64,000 bases of DNA from Eledone cirrhosa (lineage: Eukaryota), in NCBI GenBank assembly GCA_964016885.1, contig OZ024742.1, positions 374,666,001-374,730,000 of the forward strand, read 5' to 3'. The notes beneath the pieces were generated by a model that saw only the letters and a program-made list of their open reading frames with translations, searched no databases and was not told the origin of the DNA. Shown here piece after piece: positions 1 to 10,157 of this stretch (position 1 is the first letter of the stretch; each line of letters begins with the position of its first letter). A program made the translations under genes and the position numbers.

Positions 1-839
1 TTGAGGAATGTAGCTGTGTACTTTTTGAATTCCCTTATTCTCGGGGAATGATTGAGGAGCGACGTAGTCATTTGTGTGAAAGCCAAGTTGGGATGTACGT
101 TTAAGTAGGGATATTGAGATGACGAAATCAGTGTGGCAATGCAGGTGCATCAGAAGGGGGTCATAGTGCAATTAGCACGAACGCTGGGCGGCACTGGTTG
201 CACTGCGTTTACACAGCAACAAAGGGGTCACCACGGAATTGGCACAACCGCTGTTCGGCATACTTGCGCAGGTCATTCATACTGCAGTCTAGGTGCAACA
301 ACAGGGGTCTTAGTAGAAGTAGCACAGAGGTGAGTTTTACGGTGTCAATAACACGACAATGTACACAGGACCCGGATTTGCGCGTGATGAAAGCATGAAG
401 CGTCAACAGGGCGCCGACAAAAATTTTAAGGTCCTCCTCATTTCCTCAATCCCCTGAAAATGGTCCTGCTTAAAAGTAAGTGTTGTGTCCTCTGTTAAAT
501 AAACCAAATTTTTAACGAAATATTATATGCTACTTACGATGTTTAAGTAGGATTTATATTGAAAATGAAAATGGCATGTAATGGCCAATACTAATTCGTA
601 AATTTCCTAGAAACCATAATGGAATCGGAAGAGGGGATTAACTAATGTGTGTTGCAAATTTTGAGGAAATTGGCTGGATTATCTTTAAGTTACACCTCAA
701 AAAAGCCTAAAAATGACTAAAAAATGTGGTTTTCGCCTAATGCTAGGGCAAAGTTTGAAAAAAATTGGTTGGGTATTTCTTGAGTTTTAGGGATTTACAC
801 AGACATCCTCTGTTTTATATATAGATATATATATATAGA
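1..839 (-). mobile_element. Probable Helitron-type element, 5' part (continues past the left window edge)
   Basis: Minus strand begins A|TCTATATATAAAACAGAGGATGTCTGTGT (TC at 825/824, or 839/838), like the 5' end of the Helitron at 6707. The GCAAATTTTGAGGAAATTGG motif (~654-673) resembles GCAAATTTGAGCGAGATCGG (~6031-6050) in that element. Bases 1-280 give broken minus-strand peptides (LCCCVNAV.., ..LAFTQM) that weakly resemble the RepHel N-terminal Cys region. No 3' end is visible. Confidence 0.5.
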
Positions 840-1175
840 TGTACAGTGGGACATCGGTTCACAAATGCCTCTTATCATGAACAAATCAGTTCATGAAAAG
901 TGTATTGAGTAACGAACACGTGAGTCGGCAACAACGGTTGACAACAAGCTTGGAGTATCGGCAGGAAAGTATCACTTTCTATATAGTAAGTTACTATGGT
1001 GATATCTGTCTTTCACATGCAGTCTCTCTCTCTCTCACTGTATTTCTCTCTCAACATTCGTATGGGAAAAGTAGTTTTGGTTTATGAACATTTTGGGGGA
1101 TGAATGGATTGTCATATTATGAGGGTTAGATGGATTATCACATTATGAGGCTAGCCTAGTCAGGTGACGATATCT

Positions 1176-1326
1176 TGCTCATACAGATCTCTTTTTGGTT
1201 TGGTTTCTATGATTGGATGCCCTTCCTAATGCCAACCACATTACTGTATGAACTAGGAGATTTATTTTTGTGACACCACCACTACCACTTTACAGGGTGG
1301 ACTGGGTGTTTTTCCTCATGGCACCA
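1176..1326 (-). mobile_element. Decayed RTE 3'UTR or RTE-tailed SINE fragment
   Basis: TTGGTTTCTATGATTGGATGCCCTTCCTAATGCCAACCAC..CCACTTTACAGGGTGGACTGGGTG matches the 3'UTR of the minus-strand RTE at ~10270-10345 in this window. Confidence 0.6.
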
Positions 1327-1819
1327 GAACAGCCACCTAACCGGGTGGATAGTATGCTTCTTGTCATGGAAAGCAGGCATGAAGCATGTCTAGCTTTCCA
1401 TATATGCATGGGTTGGATAGATGTATATCAGAGCAATGGATGGCAGGTGTGTGTTGGTGGGGGTACATCCTCATCATCATTAAATATCTATTATATATCA
1501 TTCCCATGTGCACATGGGTCAGATAAGCTGTCATGCTTTGAGACTAGGCCAGGCAGGAGACCACATCTAGTTCGTACCTTCTGTTTTTGTTTTGGCATGG
1601 CCTCTTCTATCACAAGTCTTTTTGAATCCTACCCAAGTATTTTATCCTGGTACAAGGCATGTTAGTATGGGTTGGATGTGTTGGGGTGCATCCATCTTTG
1701 TATGTTGATATAGGTGTCTGTTTGTGTGGGCAGGTGAATGATGCCTGTCCATGCCAGAGGGAGATGGACAAGCAGTGCGGAAACTATCTTTTCCTACTGG
1801 CAAGAGTTGTTGGGTGTTC

Positions 1820-2090
1820 AATGTGGGGGAAGGGATGGAGGAAGTGAGTGAGGGAGGACTAAGGGGAGATACTTGGATAATGAAGTGATGTGGAGGAATT
1901 ATGGAGGATGGAGATTGAGGAAATAGTTAGGGTGCTTAGACAATAAGGTGGGGGTTAGTTTGCAGGATGGGGATGGAGTAAATAAGTGAGGGAGATCTAA
2001 GGTAGGATATTTAGCTAATGAAGGTGTGAGGGGATGGGTGAGTATTAAAATAGGGGAAGGTGTATGGAGGAGATTGATGCTTGCTACCAT
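1820..2090. repeat. Purine-rich (G/A) low-complexity tract
   Basis: Strong G/A strand bias (GGGGAAGGGATGGAGGAAGTGAG...). The ORF on the opposite strand is only Pro/Leu/Ser/Thr-biased. Confidence 0.55.
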
Positions 2091-2705
2091 CCTCTCTCTC
2101 TGTTTGTTACATTATGTATGGGAAGGTGGGTCTTCTGCAGTATGGCATAGAGAACTCAATCTTGTGTCATCTTCTTTGAGAGGTTTAATTGTGCAAGGTT
2201 AACTTTTACTACATTATCCCAAACTTTCCTAGGTCTTCCTTAGACTCATGGGAGGATTTCAACTGTAATCTAATTAAATGTTCAATTGTTGTATTGAACT
2301 TCCATTAATGGTGGACTTCTGTTGTTGTGCAACTCTAGGTCATTTTCAATCAAGCAAAGGTATCAAAACGTTCCAGTTGTGACCATCCCATCTTTCTTTC
2401 AGATATAATGTATCCAAGAAGTTCTGAACTTCTACATTATCCAATGTCTCTTTTTTTTCTGAGATGGCAAGGTGTGTGTCAACTGAGATTTGGCTGCTAT
2501 TTCAAGTTGCAAATTAAGCAACCACCTAAACTCTTCTGTCCTCTGGTAGGTATTTAGGCTGGTTAGACTAGTGAGAGTTTAGTGTGTTGGTCAGTTGGTC
2601 ATGGATATGTGCTGTTCAGTAGCAATAATTGATACAACTAATGACCGATATCCTTTTCATACAAACTACTGTGGTTTTAATCTCACAAAGACCTATTATA
2701 AATTT

Positions 2706-2885
2706 AAGGCAGCAAATTTGCCGAGTCGCTAGAACATTAGATAGAATACTTTGTAATATTTCTTCTACCTCTCCGTGTTCTGAATTCAAAACCCACTGAG
2801 GTGAACTTTGTCTATAATCCTTTCGAGGTTGATAAAGAAAAAGTATAAATTCAGTTCTGGAGTGGGGGAGTCGATTCTTACTGTA
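2706..2885 (+). mobile_element. tRNA-derived SINE, decayed full-length copy (same family as the copies at 11.9-12.45 kb)
   Basis: A-box-like head, B-box-like TGAATTCAAAACCC, then GAGGTGAACTTTGTCTATAATCCTTTCGAGGTTGATAAA. This aligns by eye to the reverse complement of 11921-12045 and 12105-12237. Followed by C/(CT)n microsatellite. Confidence 0.7.
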
Positions 2886-2896
2886 TATATCTTTCT

Positions 2897-2927
<31 letters not shown>

Positions 2928-3119
2928 AAACATTGGTTGTGTTCAAACCTGGAGCTAGGAAGGGCTCTGCCAGTCGTAAATGTCACTACAGTTCCATCAG
3001 GAGTTACAGGTCCTGACCTCTGTTTATGGAGATATCAACATAATACATGTAGTGATAGTTTTGTGGGTTGGACCTCTGTTGGTTTCTATGACAACTGTTC
3101 CCGTTCATCCAATCAACAA

Positions 3120-3372
3120 AACAACCAGCTTGTGAAATTAAAGTGTAAGTGGCTGAGCATTCTTCAGGCATGTGTATCCTCAATCTAGTTCTCAGGGAGG
3201 TTCAGCACGACACAATATATAACAAGGCTGGCCCTTTGAATTACAGGTACAACTCAATTTTGCCAGCTGAGTGGAACTAGAGCAACGTAAAACAAAAGTG
3301 TCTTGCTGAAGGACGCAATGCACTGCTGGGGATTGAACTCATGACCTTATAATTGTGAGCCAAACATCCTTC
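3120..3372 (-). mobile_element. CORE-type tRNA-derived SINE (octopus OR-like)
   Basis: Minus strand reads B-box GAGTTCAATCCCC followed by TGCGTCCTTCAGCAAGACACTT, matching the CORE-domain consensus TGTGACCTTGGGCAAGTCACTT. Confidence 0.7.
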
Positions 3373-3388
3373 ACTGTTGTGATAGTAC

Positions 3389-4235
3389 ATCATCATTTAA
3401 CGTGTTTTCCCTGTTAGCAAGGGTCGTGACAGGCCACGTCTGTACCTAATTGGAGCCACTGTACTCTCAGATGGAGCAGAGGTTGCATCTTGTTTACATA
3501 CATTGCTGCACATTATAGAGGGCACCATGTATTTAATCACGATACCAGCACTATGAGGGTTGTCATGTCTTTGACATAACTGAAGAGTCCTCTCTGTATC
3601 ATCATCATTGTCATTTAACATCTATTTTCCATGCTTTCATAGATTAGATGGGTTGTCACGTTACATAGCTAGACAGTGTCTTGTCTTGCTGATATGATCC
3701 ATTTTAGGCTTGGTTTTCTAGGGTTGGATACCAACCATCTTACAGTATGTACAGGGAGCTTTTGTTGTGACACCAGCACTACCAATCATTATCATCATCA
3801 TAATCATCGTTTTAATGTCTGCTTTCCTTGCTAGCGGGGGTTGGATGGGTTTATATAGACCAAGTCAATATTGAAGCAGAGCCACTAATCTCCCAAGCAA
3901 CTCAAGGATGTGTCTTGCGTATGTACAGTCTCACATTCCATTGAATGCTCAGGAGAGGTTGTCATGCCTTTCACACAACTGAGGGTCTTCCCAAGCCTTT
4001 GTTTTGCAAGTTTTCTACGACTTGATGCCCTTCTTATCACCAACCACTTTACAGAGTGTACTGGGTGCATTTATCATGTAAATCACCAACACTAGGGAGG
4101 TTGTCATGCCCTTGACATGACTGGAGGTTCCTCCTGATCCTTTGTCTGGTTAGTTTTCTATGGCTGGATGCCCTTCCTACCACCAAACACTGGGAAGATG
4201 GTGATGTCAATGATACGACTGAAGTGTTCTCCCAA
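3389..4235 (-). mobile_element. Cluster of decayed RTE 3' tails or RTE-tailed SINEs
   Basis: Three (CAT)n-TTTAAYGT..TTTCC..GC tails (~3389, ~3598, ~3790) and repeated GATGCCCTTC(C/T)TA..ACCAA.CAC blocks (~4025, ~4167) match the RTE 3' end at 10158-10345. Confidence 0.6.
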
Positions 4236-4356
4236 CCCTTTGTTTAAATATTTCAATTTATAATCTACTAGCTGAATGACCCGGCGTTGCCCGGGTTACT
4301 GCTGTTTTTATTCAGATTAGGAAACAATAAATATGAAGAATTTTTTCTTCTCATAT

Positions 4357-4974
4357 TCACTTTACATAAAATATGTCAAAGTTGTAATGATAATAGAATT
4401 TAGAAATGTTCTGGGACCTTCGGATGGCTGTCTGTATCTCGGTCTGGGATGCTCTGGCAGCTGCGGTTGAGGCGGAGTCCTTGGACCTTCGGATGGCTGT
4501 CTGTATCCTGATCTGGGATGCTCTGGCAGCTGCCTTGGAGGCGGAGTCATTGGACCTTCGGATGGCTGTCTCCTGGTCGGTTTCTGCGGCACGGGAGGCG
4601 GCGGTTGAAGCAGCGTTCTTTGACCGTCTGGTGGCTGTTTGCTGTTTAGTTTCGGAGGCCCTTGCAGCAGCAGTAGTTGCAGCATTCCTAGCCCTACGAA
4701 GAGCTCTTTGGCTGTCACTCTCTGCTGCCCTAGAGGCAGCTGTTGCAACTGCATTCCGACAATTACGAATGGCACGATTCGAAGCGGTAACCGTAGATAG
4801 AGAGGCGCTGGGTTGGGCTGTGCTAGGAGTACTTAAGTTTGAAAGCGAAGTAACAGGGGTTTGTGGCCAAAAATGCAGTCCGGCATCCGTAGACTGCTCA
4901 TTCAATCGCCTCTTTTTTGAAACAACAGACGATGTTTTCCTACGGCTAAGGGTACTCTTTCTTTTCAGTGGCAT
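4357..4974 (-). CDS. Truncated Helitron RepHel N-terminus with 23-aa STPR-like repeats (205 aa; no Rep or helicase domain)
   Basis: Basic start MPLKRKSTLSRRK..KKRR, then 23-aa units ESDSQRALRRARNAATTAAARAS / ETKQQTATRRSKNAASTAASRAA / ETDQETAIRRSNDSASKAAARAS / QIRIQTAIRRSKDSASTAAARAS. At ~4406 it runs abruptly into the AT-rich 3' terminal segment. Confidence 0.7.
   Translation of the reverse strand: MPLKRKSTLSRRKTSSVVSKKRRLNEQSTDAGLHFWPQTPVTSLSNLSTPSTAQPSASLSTVTASNRAIRNCRNAVATAASRAAESDSQRALRRARNAATTAAARASETKQQTATRRSKNAASTAASRAAETDQETAIRRSNDSASKAAARASQIRIQTAIRRSKDSASTAAARASQTEIQTAIRRSQNISKFYYHYNFDIFYVK
4410..4790. repeat. 69-bp coding tandem repeat (about 5 units) underlying the STPR repeats
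   Basis: GGACCTTCGGATGGCTGTCT recurs at ~4414, 4483 and 4552 (69-bp spacing), with more diverged units beyond. Confidence 0.85.
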
Positions 4975-5454
4975 GGTTGCAATAGTACAGTAAACAGTAA
5001 AGGGGAAGCAGGTTTAGAGCAAAGGCAAAAAAGCGAAGGTGATAAGCAGTATTTTGGGGAAGGTAAAAAAAAGTGACAAATTGTTACAATTTTAAGCAAG
5101 AAAAAAGTAAACAAAAAACGTACTGGGAATGGCAAAGTCCGAAAGCGAGGTCACAAAATGTAATGCAGTGAGAGTGAAGCACACGCCTACACAGTAGCCT
5201 AACCAAGTAGCAAGTGTAGCGTTTGAAAACCAAAGCTTTGCAGGCCACTCAAATCAACGATAAGAGTCTGCAGAATTTTTTGATAGCAGTCTTGCTAAAA
5301 CAGAATAAAAGCTGCCACCTCCAGCCGTACAGGAAATTTTTTTGGGGATTCAAGGCGAAAATTTGTCCACTTCTTGACCGAAAGAAAGCAAAAACTGACT
5401 CAACTGGTGCCAGGTGGTCAGAACTGGCAGGAACTGGTTTGTGTCACGTGAAGC

Positions 5455-5760
5455 TGTAACTATAGCAACAGTGGTTCCCTCGGTCTCAAAGACCAAAGTA
5501 AGTGGAGAGGGGAAGGTGATGTTACTGTAACACCAACAACGTCTCTCTCTATATTCCTCGCTCAATAAAGAAGGGGGAGGGGGAAGGTAATGTTACTATA
5601 GCAACAGTGGTTCGCTCACTGACCAAAGTGGAGAGGGGAATGTAATATTTCTGTGACACCCAAAACTTCTCTCTCTATCTTCCTCTCTCTCTCTCTCTAA
5701 AGAAGGGGGAAGGGGAAGGTAATGTTACTATAAGACCTGTTATTCCTGTCTCTCTATATA
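5455..5760. repeat. Helitron-internal degenerate minisatellite (GGAGAGGGGAAGGTAATGTTACTATAGCAAC core)
   Basis: Core at ~5503, 5575, 5630 and 5707, alternating with (CT)n-containing spacers. A further copy lies at ~6486-6560. Confidence 0.75.
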
Positions 5761-6818
5761 CGAAGTGGAGATTCGACCTCGAGCTTCATTCTCGACCGAA
5801 TTTCGAAATGATTCGAGCACGTCAACAAAATTTAGACTCTTTTCTACCAATATTAGCAAAAAACCGGGTAAAAAAACTCAAAAGGAAAAATTTTTCACGC
5901 GTGATAAAATGCAACCTCATCTCCCGATTTCACCCAAAATAGACAAAAAGGTGGATTGCGGGCCCCTGTGGGGACCTATCAAAAAACAAAGTAGCTTAAG
6001 CAATGTAAAGGGTCATGAGGAGTGATGTATGCAAATTTGAGCGAGATCGGGCGAGCGGTGTAGACGCCAACCTCGAATAATGTTACATCCACACACACAA
6101 AACAAATGTTCAAAAGTTAAACTTCAATTTTTTGAATTATTTCCAATTTTTTCATGAAATTGAACACTGGACATTGGCTGCTGGAAATGGAAATTAAATC
6201 ATATTTAATTGTATTTAAATTTCTAACCTTATTTTATTATTTATATTTTTTCAATAAGAAATAAAAAAAAAACAACAAAAAAAATTGAAGAAAAAAATTG
6301 AACAAATCAAACGTAGGTTATGGAACTGCGCAATCTGATTAATAAATTACCTCATCAGCAGCAACCTTCTTCAAATGGTCCTTATTATCAGCAGCAACAA
6401 CCACAAATTCAATGGCAACCTTCTTCGCATGGTGTCAAGTCAGAACCGCCTCGAACTGGTTACTTCTGGCTTGTGCAAGGTGTCTCTATAGCAACCAGCG
6501 ATTCCCTCGGCCTCAGTGACCAAAGTCAGTGGAGAGGGGAAGGTAATGTTTCTATAGCACGTGTTTTAGCGGCTATTCACACTCTCTCTCTCCCTCTCTC
6601 CCCTCTCGTAGTTTGTCTCTTTCTTTCACTCTCACTCTCTCTCTACGCACGTGTTTCCACTGTCGGACAGACAGACAGAGAAATTGCTGGTTATATATAT
6701 AAGTAGATTATCTCTAATTCTATATTGTAACTGCATGTTATTTTCTACCAATAATATCTTTAAAGAAATATGTATAACATTGATGTGTTGTTTTCTTTCT
6801 TTCTCTCTTTATTTGTAG

Positions 6819-7507
6819 GTATCTTGATAATATTGAAGCCTTAATCAAGACCAGCAGACATCTGCAACATTTTGCTTTAGGTTGTGTTGAAGAGCTCCTA
6901 GAACACTCCAATGTTTTTGTCAACCTATTGGCAGAACACCATGCATCTACTTTAGAGTCTTTGCATCTTGCCAGTGTGAAAGAAGACTCAGAGAGTTATG
7001 GTATCATAGAGTTGAATGCTACTGACTTTTGTCGTTTTATGGCTCTCCGTAGTCTTAGCCTTGATTATGATTATTTAACTAACGACCTCCTGCAAATCTT
7101 TATCGACCCCAAGAAGTCTAAGCTCGAAAACTTGGTTATTAATGTCCATGGTATTGATGCTGACCACGAAGTGATTACAAATGAAACTTGGCGCCGGTTA
7201 CGTAACCATTCTCCACACCTAGAAGTGACCTTAAACCTGATTCACTCATTCGAGGGTGTTGCTGGCCTCTTGAATATCTTGCAGCCTTCGATGCCCTTAG
7301 CCAAATTTCGGCAGATGTTCTGTTCCAATATCAACATTGCTTCAATTAGTTATATATCTTCACATTACAACAACACGTTGAAAGAAATTCATATTATCGA
7401 TGGTTTTGCTAATGGAGATCCTATAGTCTATGAGATTGAAGCTGATGAAGATCCATTTGTGATGTTGGCTTGGCGTTGTCCAAAATTGATGCATTTCACA
7501 TTAATAG
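6819..7507 (+). CDS. FBXO33: Internal coding exon (689 nt) of F-box only protein 33-like gene
   Basis: Polypyrimidine tract plus TTTGTAG| acceptor (AG at 6817-6818). Open frame from 6820: YLDNIEALIKTSRHLQHFALGCVEELL...LRSLSLDYDYL...EDPFVMLAWRCPKLMHFTLIG. Donor G|GTATGA at 7508. The motif EDPFVMLAWRC.KL resembles vertebrate FBXO33 EDPLVLLAWRCTKL (recalled from memory, not searched). The ORF-track start (6928) and stop (7578) are not the true exon limits. Confidence 0.85.
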
Positions 7508-7794
7508 GTATGATTATCTTTAAACTATTTTCAAAATACTCCACTTTATATTGGGGGAATATAAAAACTGTTCATTAAGCTTGAATGTTTTGTAAATATG
7601 TATAAGCTGATTTTATATTTAAATTCATCATCATCTTCATTTAATGTCCATCTTCCACGCTAGTTTTTAGAAACCTTTTTTGGTATGTTTTACTTTTGAT
7701 CATATTTCTTATTCTCTCACCACTTCTACTTTGTCTCATCGCAGTATCTGCTGTTAAACATCTATAATGGTATTTCCTTGGAACTATTTAGCAA

Positions 7795-7930
7795 CTTTGC
7801 TTTATTCTCAAAGCAGCAGTAGATAATGTCTAGTATTGAAATAACGTTTCTTCAGATCACTTTACTCTATTCTCAAAACAGCATTATATAATGCTATGTC
7901 TAATATTGAAATAATGTTTCTTTGAATCAT
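7795..7930. repeat. Diverged two-copy tandem duplication of about 66-70 bp
   Basis: TATTCTCAAA.CAGCA...ATAATG..TCTA.TATTGAAATAA.GTTTCTT..ATCA occurs twice in tandem. Confidence 0.7.
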
Positions 7931-7976
7931 CATCATTTAATGCCTGTTTACCTTTAACAAGGGTGAGATGGGTCTT

Positions 7977-8228
7977 CAGGTTTGGGGGGCCCCTCATACA
8001 CAAAAAAATGAGAATACAAGGCGAAGCTCCCAATTTTACATATCAAAGTTAACTTGGTGCAAATAATTTGAATTGAAAAGTTATACAGGTATTAGATTTA
8101 AAAAACAATCTAACCATCCTAAAATTAAAAAGCCCAGAAGAGGGCACAAATGAATTGCTGGTGGGGCTCCCCACTGAAGGGGGCCTGGGACAATTGCCCC
8201 CTTTTCCCCCCTATTAAATCCAGCCCTG
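7977..8228. mobile_element. Probable MITE / hAT-type DNA transposon remnant
   Basis: GGGGGGCCCC and GGGGGCC subterminal motifs, and an end ...TTAAATCCAGCCCTG resembling CAGGGCCGGATTTAA-type TIRs. The left TIR and TSD are not clear. Confidence 0.4.
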
Positions 8229-8612
8229 GTTATTGTTACATTTACCATATTTCTAAGGTAATAACAAATGAAAACGATAATGATTAATGGTCAGTCCAAA
8301 CATTTCTGAGGCTGTAAGTTAATTTTCAGCTTGCTTTCAGTATGTTATTGATACTTAAATGTAATGATCTGGAAGGATAAATTGACCTTCGAGTCAGTGA
8401 TTGATTTGAACAATGAAAGCAACCATGCAGCACCATTGTAATGACCAGATCAAGCTGTGTTTCTCTGAACTGTCTTAATCACTCTAATAACTGTTGCTAT
8501 GTTACCAAGTAGAAGGAGGTCTCATTAATTGTCTGGTTAATGCCACCAGAACACTGTTGTACTTTACAACATTCTGTAGATGTTGGCTATCAGGCAGAAG
8601 GTATATATATAT

Positions 8613-9139
8613 AGTTTAGGGAGCTGCTTCCTCTGCTGGCGAAGAAGGGTTTCTCCCTGCGTACGAAAGGCCGGTTGTATGATGCCTGTGTGAGGAGCGT
8701 GATGCTGCATGGTAGTGAGACATGGGCAGCAACTGCAGAGGATATGCGACGCCTGGAGAGAAATGAGGCAAGCATGCTCCATTGGATGTGCAGTGTAAAT
8801 GTGCGTGAACGACCCAGCATGAATGTGTTGAGAGAGAAACTGTGTCTGAAAGGGATAGAATGTAGTGTACGAGAGAGGAGACTGAGGTGGTATGGACATG
8901 TGATGCGCATGGAGGATGACCGATGGGTGAAGAAGTGCCAGGAAATGCCAGTTGAAGGAAGACGTGGTAGAGGTAGACCACGAAAAACATGGGCGGAGGT
9001 GGTGAGAACAGACCTCAGATCATTGAAGCTCACGGTGGAGATGACGAGGGACCGTGACGAGTGGAGAGATGCTGTGCTGAATAAGACCCGTTCCACCCTT
9101 GCAAGCAGGGAAAAGCGGACGTAAAATGATGATGATGAT
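8613..9139 (+). mobile_element. 5'-truncated RTE-clade LINE, family A (open C-terminal ORF fragment)
   Basis: FRELLPLL..KGRLYDACVRSVMLHGSETW...RRLRWYGHVMRM...GRRGRGRPRKTW (RTE C-terminal motifs). Ends in a (GAT)n tail and is flanked by (TA)n on both sides. Confidence 0.92.
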
Positions 9140-9178
9140 ATATATATATATTTAATGTTTATTCTCCTGCTAATATGA

Positions 9179-9214
<36 letters not shown>
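9139..9214. repeat. (TA)n/(CA)n microsatellites
   Basis: Directly visible dinucleotide runs between two LINE copies. Confidence 0.9.
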
Positions 9215-9215
<1 letters not shown>

Positions 9216-10125
9216 GGTAGGAACTCCATCCTCTGCCCCAAATGCAAACAATGGGTACACAAGAGATATAGTGGGATCTCAGGAAGTTTAACTAAGAATG
9301 TAGGCTTCACATGTAGCAGCTGTGCTGGGGCAGCAAACGGCCACAGGAAACAAGTACCTCCAAAGTCTGGGAGGGCTCTGTAGAAACAGTAGACAGCTTC
9401 TGCTACCTCGGTGACCGAATTAGCAGCGGAGGTGGGTGTTCGGAAAGTACAATAACTAGGGTAAGAACAGGATGGAAGAAGTTCAGGGAGCTACTGCCAC
9501 TGCTAGGTGCAAAAGGCTTTTCCCTCAAAATGAAAGGCAGACTGTATGATGCGTGTATACGAACAGCAATGTTACATGGTAGTGAGACCTGGGCGCTGAA
9601 GGTGGAAGACTTACGCAGATTAGAAAGAAACGAAGCCTGCATGCTCCGGTAGATGTGTAATAGTAATATACGTGAACGGCAAAGCATAAATGAATTGAGA
9701 GAGAGACTGAGCATAAGAGGAATCAAATGCTGTGTGCAGGAGAGGAGGTTACGTTGGTATGGACATGTGATGTGTATGAAGGATGACAGCTGCATAAAAA
9801 GGTGCAGAGCAGTAGAAGTCGATGGAAGCCGCGGAGTGGGGAGACCCAAGAAGACCTGGGATGAGGTGATAAAGGCCGACCTTACCCAATTGCACCTCTC
9901 AAGAGCAATGACACACGACCGTGACCTCTGGCGTCACGCAGTAATACAGAAGACCCGAACCCCCACAGGAACAAGCTGAAGCATATAGACAATATGCCCT
10001 CAAACCCTCCCACTGCAAGGTGGTCATGGAGGTGCCACAGCAAAAAAAGCACCCAGCCCACACTGTAAAGAGGCTGTCTAACCCATGCTAGTGTGGAAGA
10101 ACGGACGTAAAACGGTGATGATGAT
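9215..10125 (+). mobile_element. 5'-truncated RTE-clade LINE, family B (disrupted)
   Basis: GRNSILCPKCKQWVHKR..., VDSFCYLGD, LYDACIRTAMLHGSETW, in-frame TAG at ~9650, RLRWYGHV, GRPKKTW, then a 3'UTR and a (GAT)n tail followed by (TA)n. Confidence 0.92.
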
Positions 10126-10157
10126 ATATATATATATATATAAATATGTGTGTGTGT

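Larger units (their letters stand above)
4268..6707 (-). mobile_element. Complete non-autonomous Helitron (2440 bp, internal-deletion derivative)
   Basis: Minus strand: 5' A|TCTACTTATATATATA at 6707 followed by a (GTCT)n tract; 3' end ...CAGCTAG|T at 4268. GC-rich hairpin ACCCGG-CGTTGC-CCGGGT at 4279-4296, about 11 nt from the end. Inserted in an AT dinucleotide with no TSD. These are the canonical Helitron hallmarks. Confidence 0.9.

Noticed and set aside
893-3188. Small ORFs at 0.9-3.2 kb as upstream FBXO33 exons
   Set aside because: No F-box or other recognisable motif. They overlap SINE or RTE remnants and low-complexity DNA.
4362-4993. ORFs 4406-4993 (+) and 4362-4775 (-) as separate genes
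   Set aside because: They are antisense and alternative-frame shadows of the repetitive STPR ORF.
6665-6680. Satellite derived from the neighbouring Helitron
   Set aside because: Only the generic GACAGACAGACAG microsatellite is shared. The Helitron's internal minisatellite does not match the 56-mer.
6928-7578. Single-exon 216-aa gene as given by the ORF track
   Set aside because: It starts at an internal TTG and the frame is open upstream to the acceptor at 6819. The sequence after the donor at 7508 is AT-rich intron read-through.
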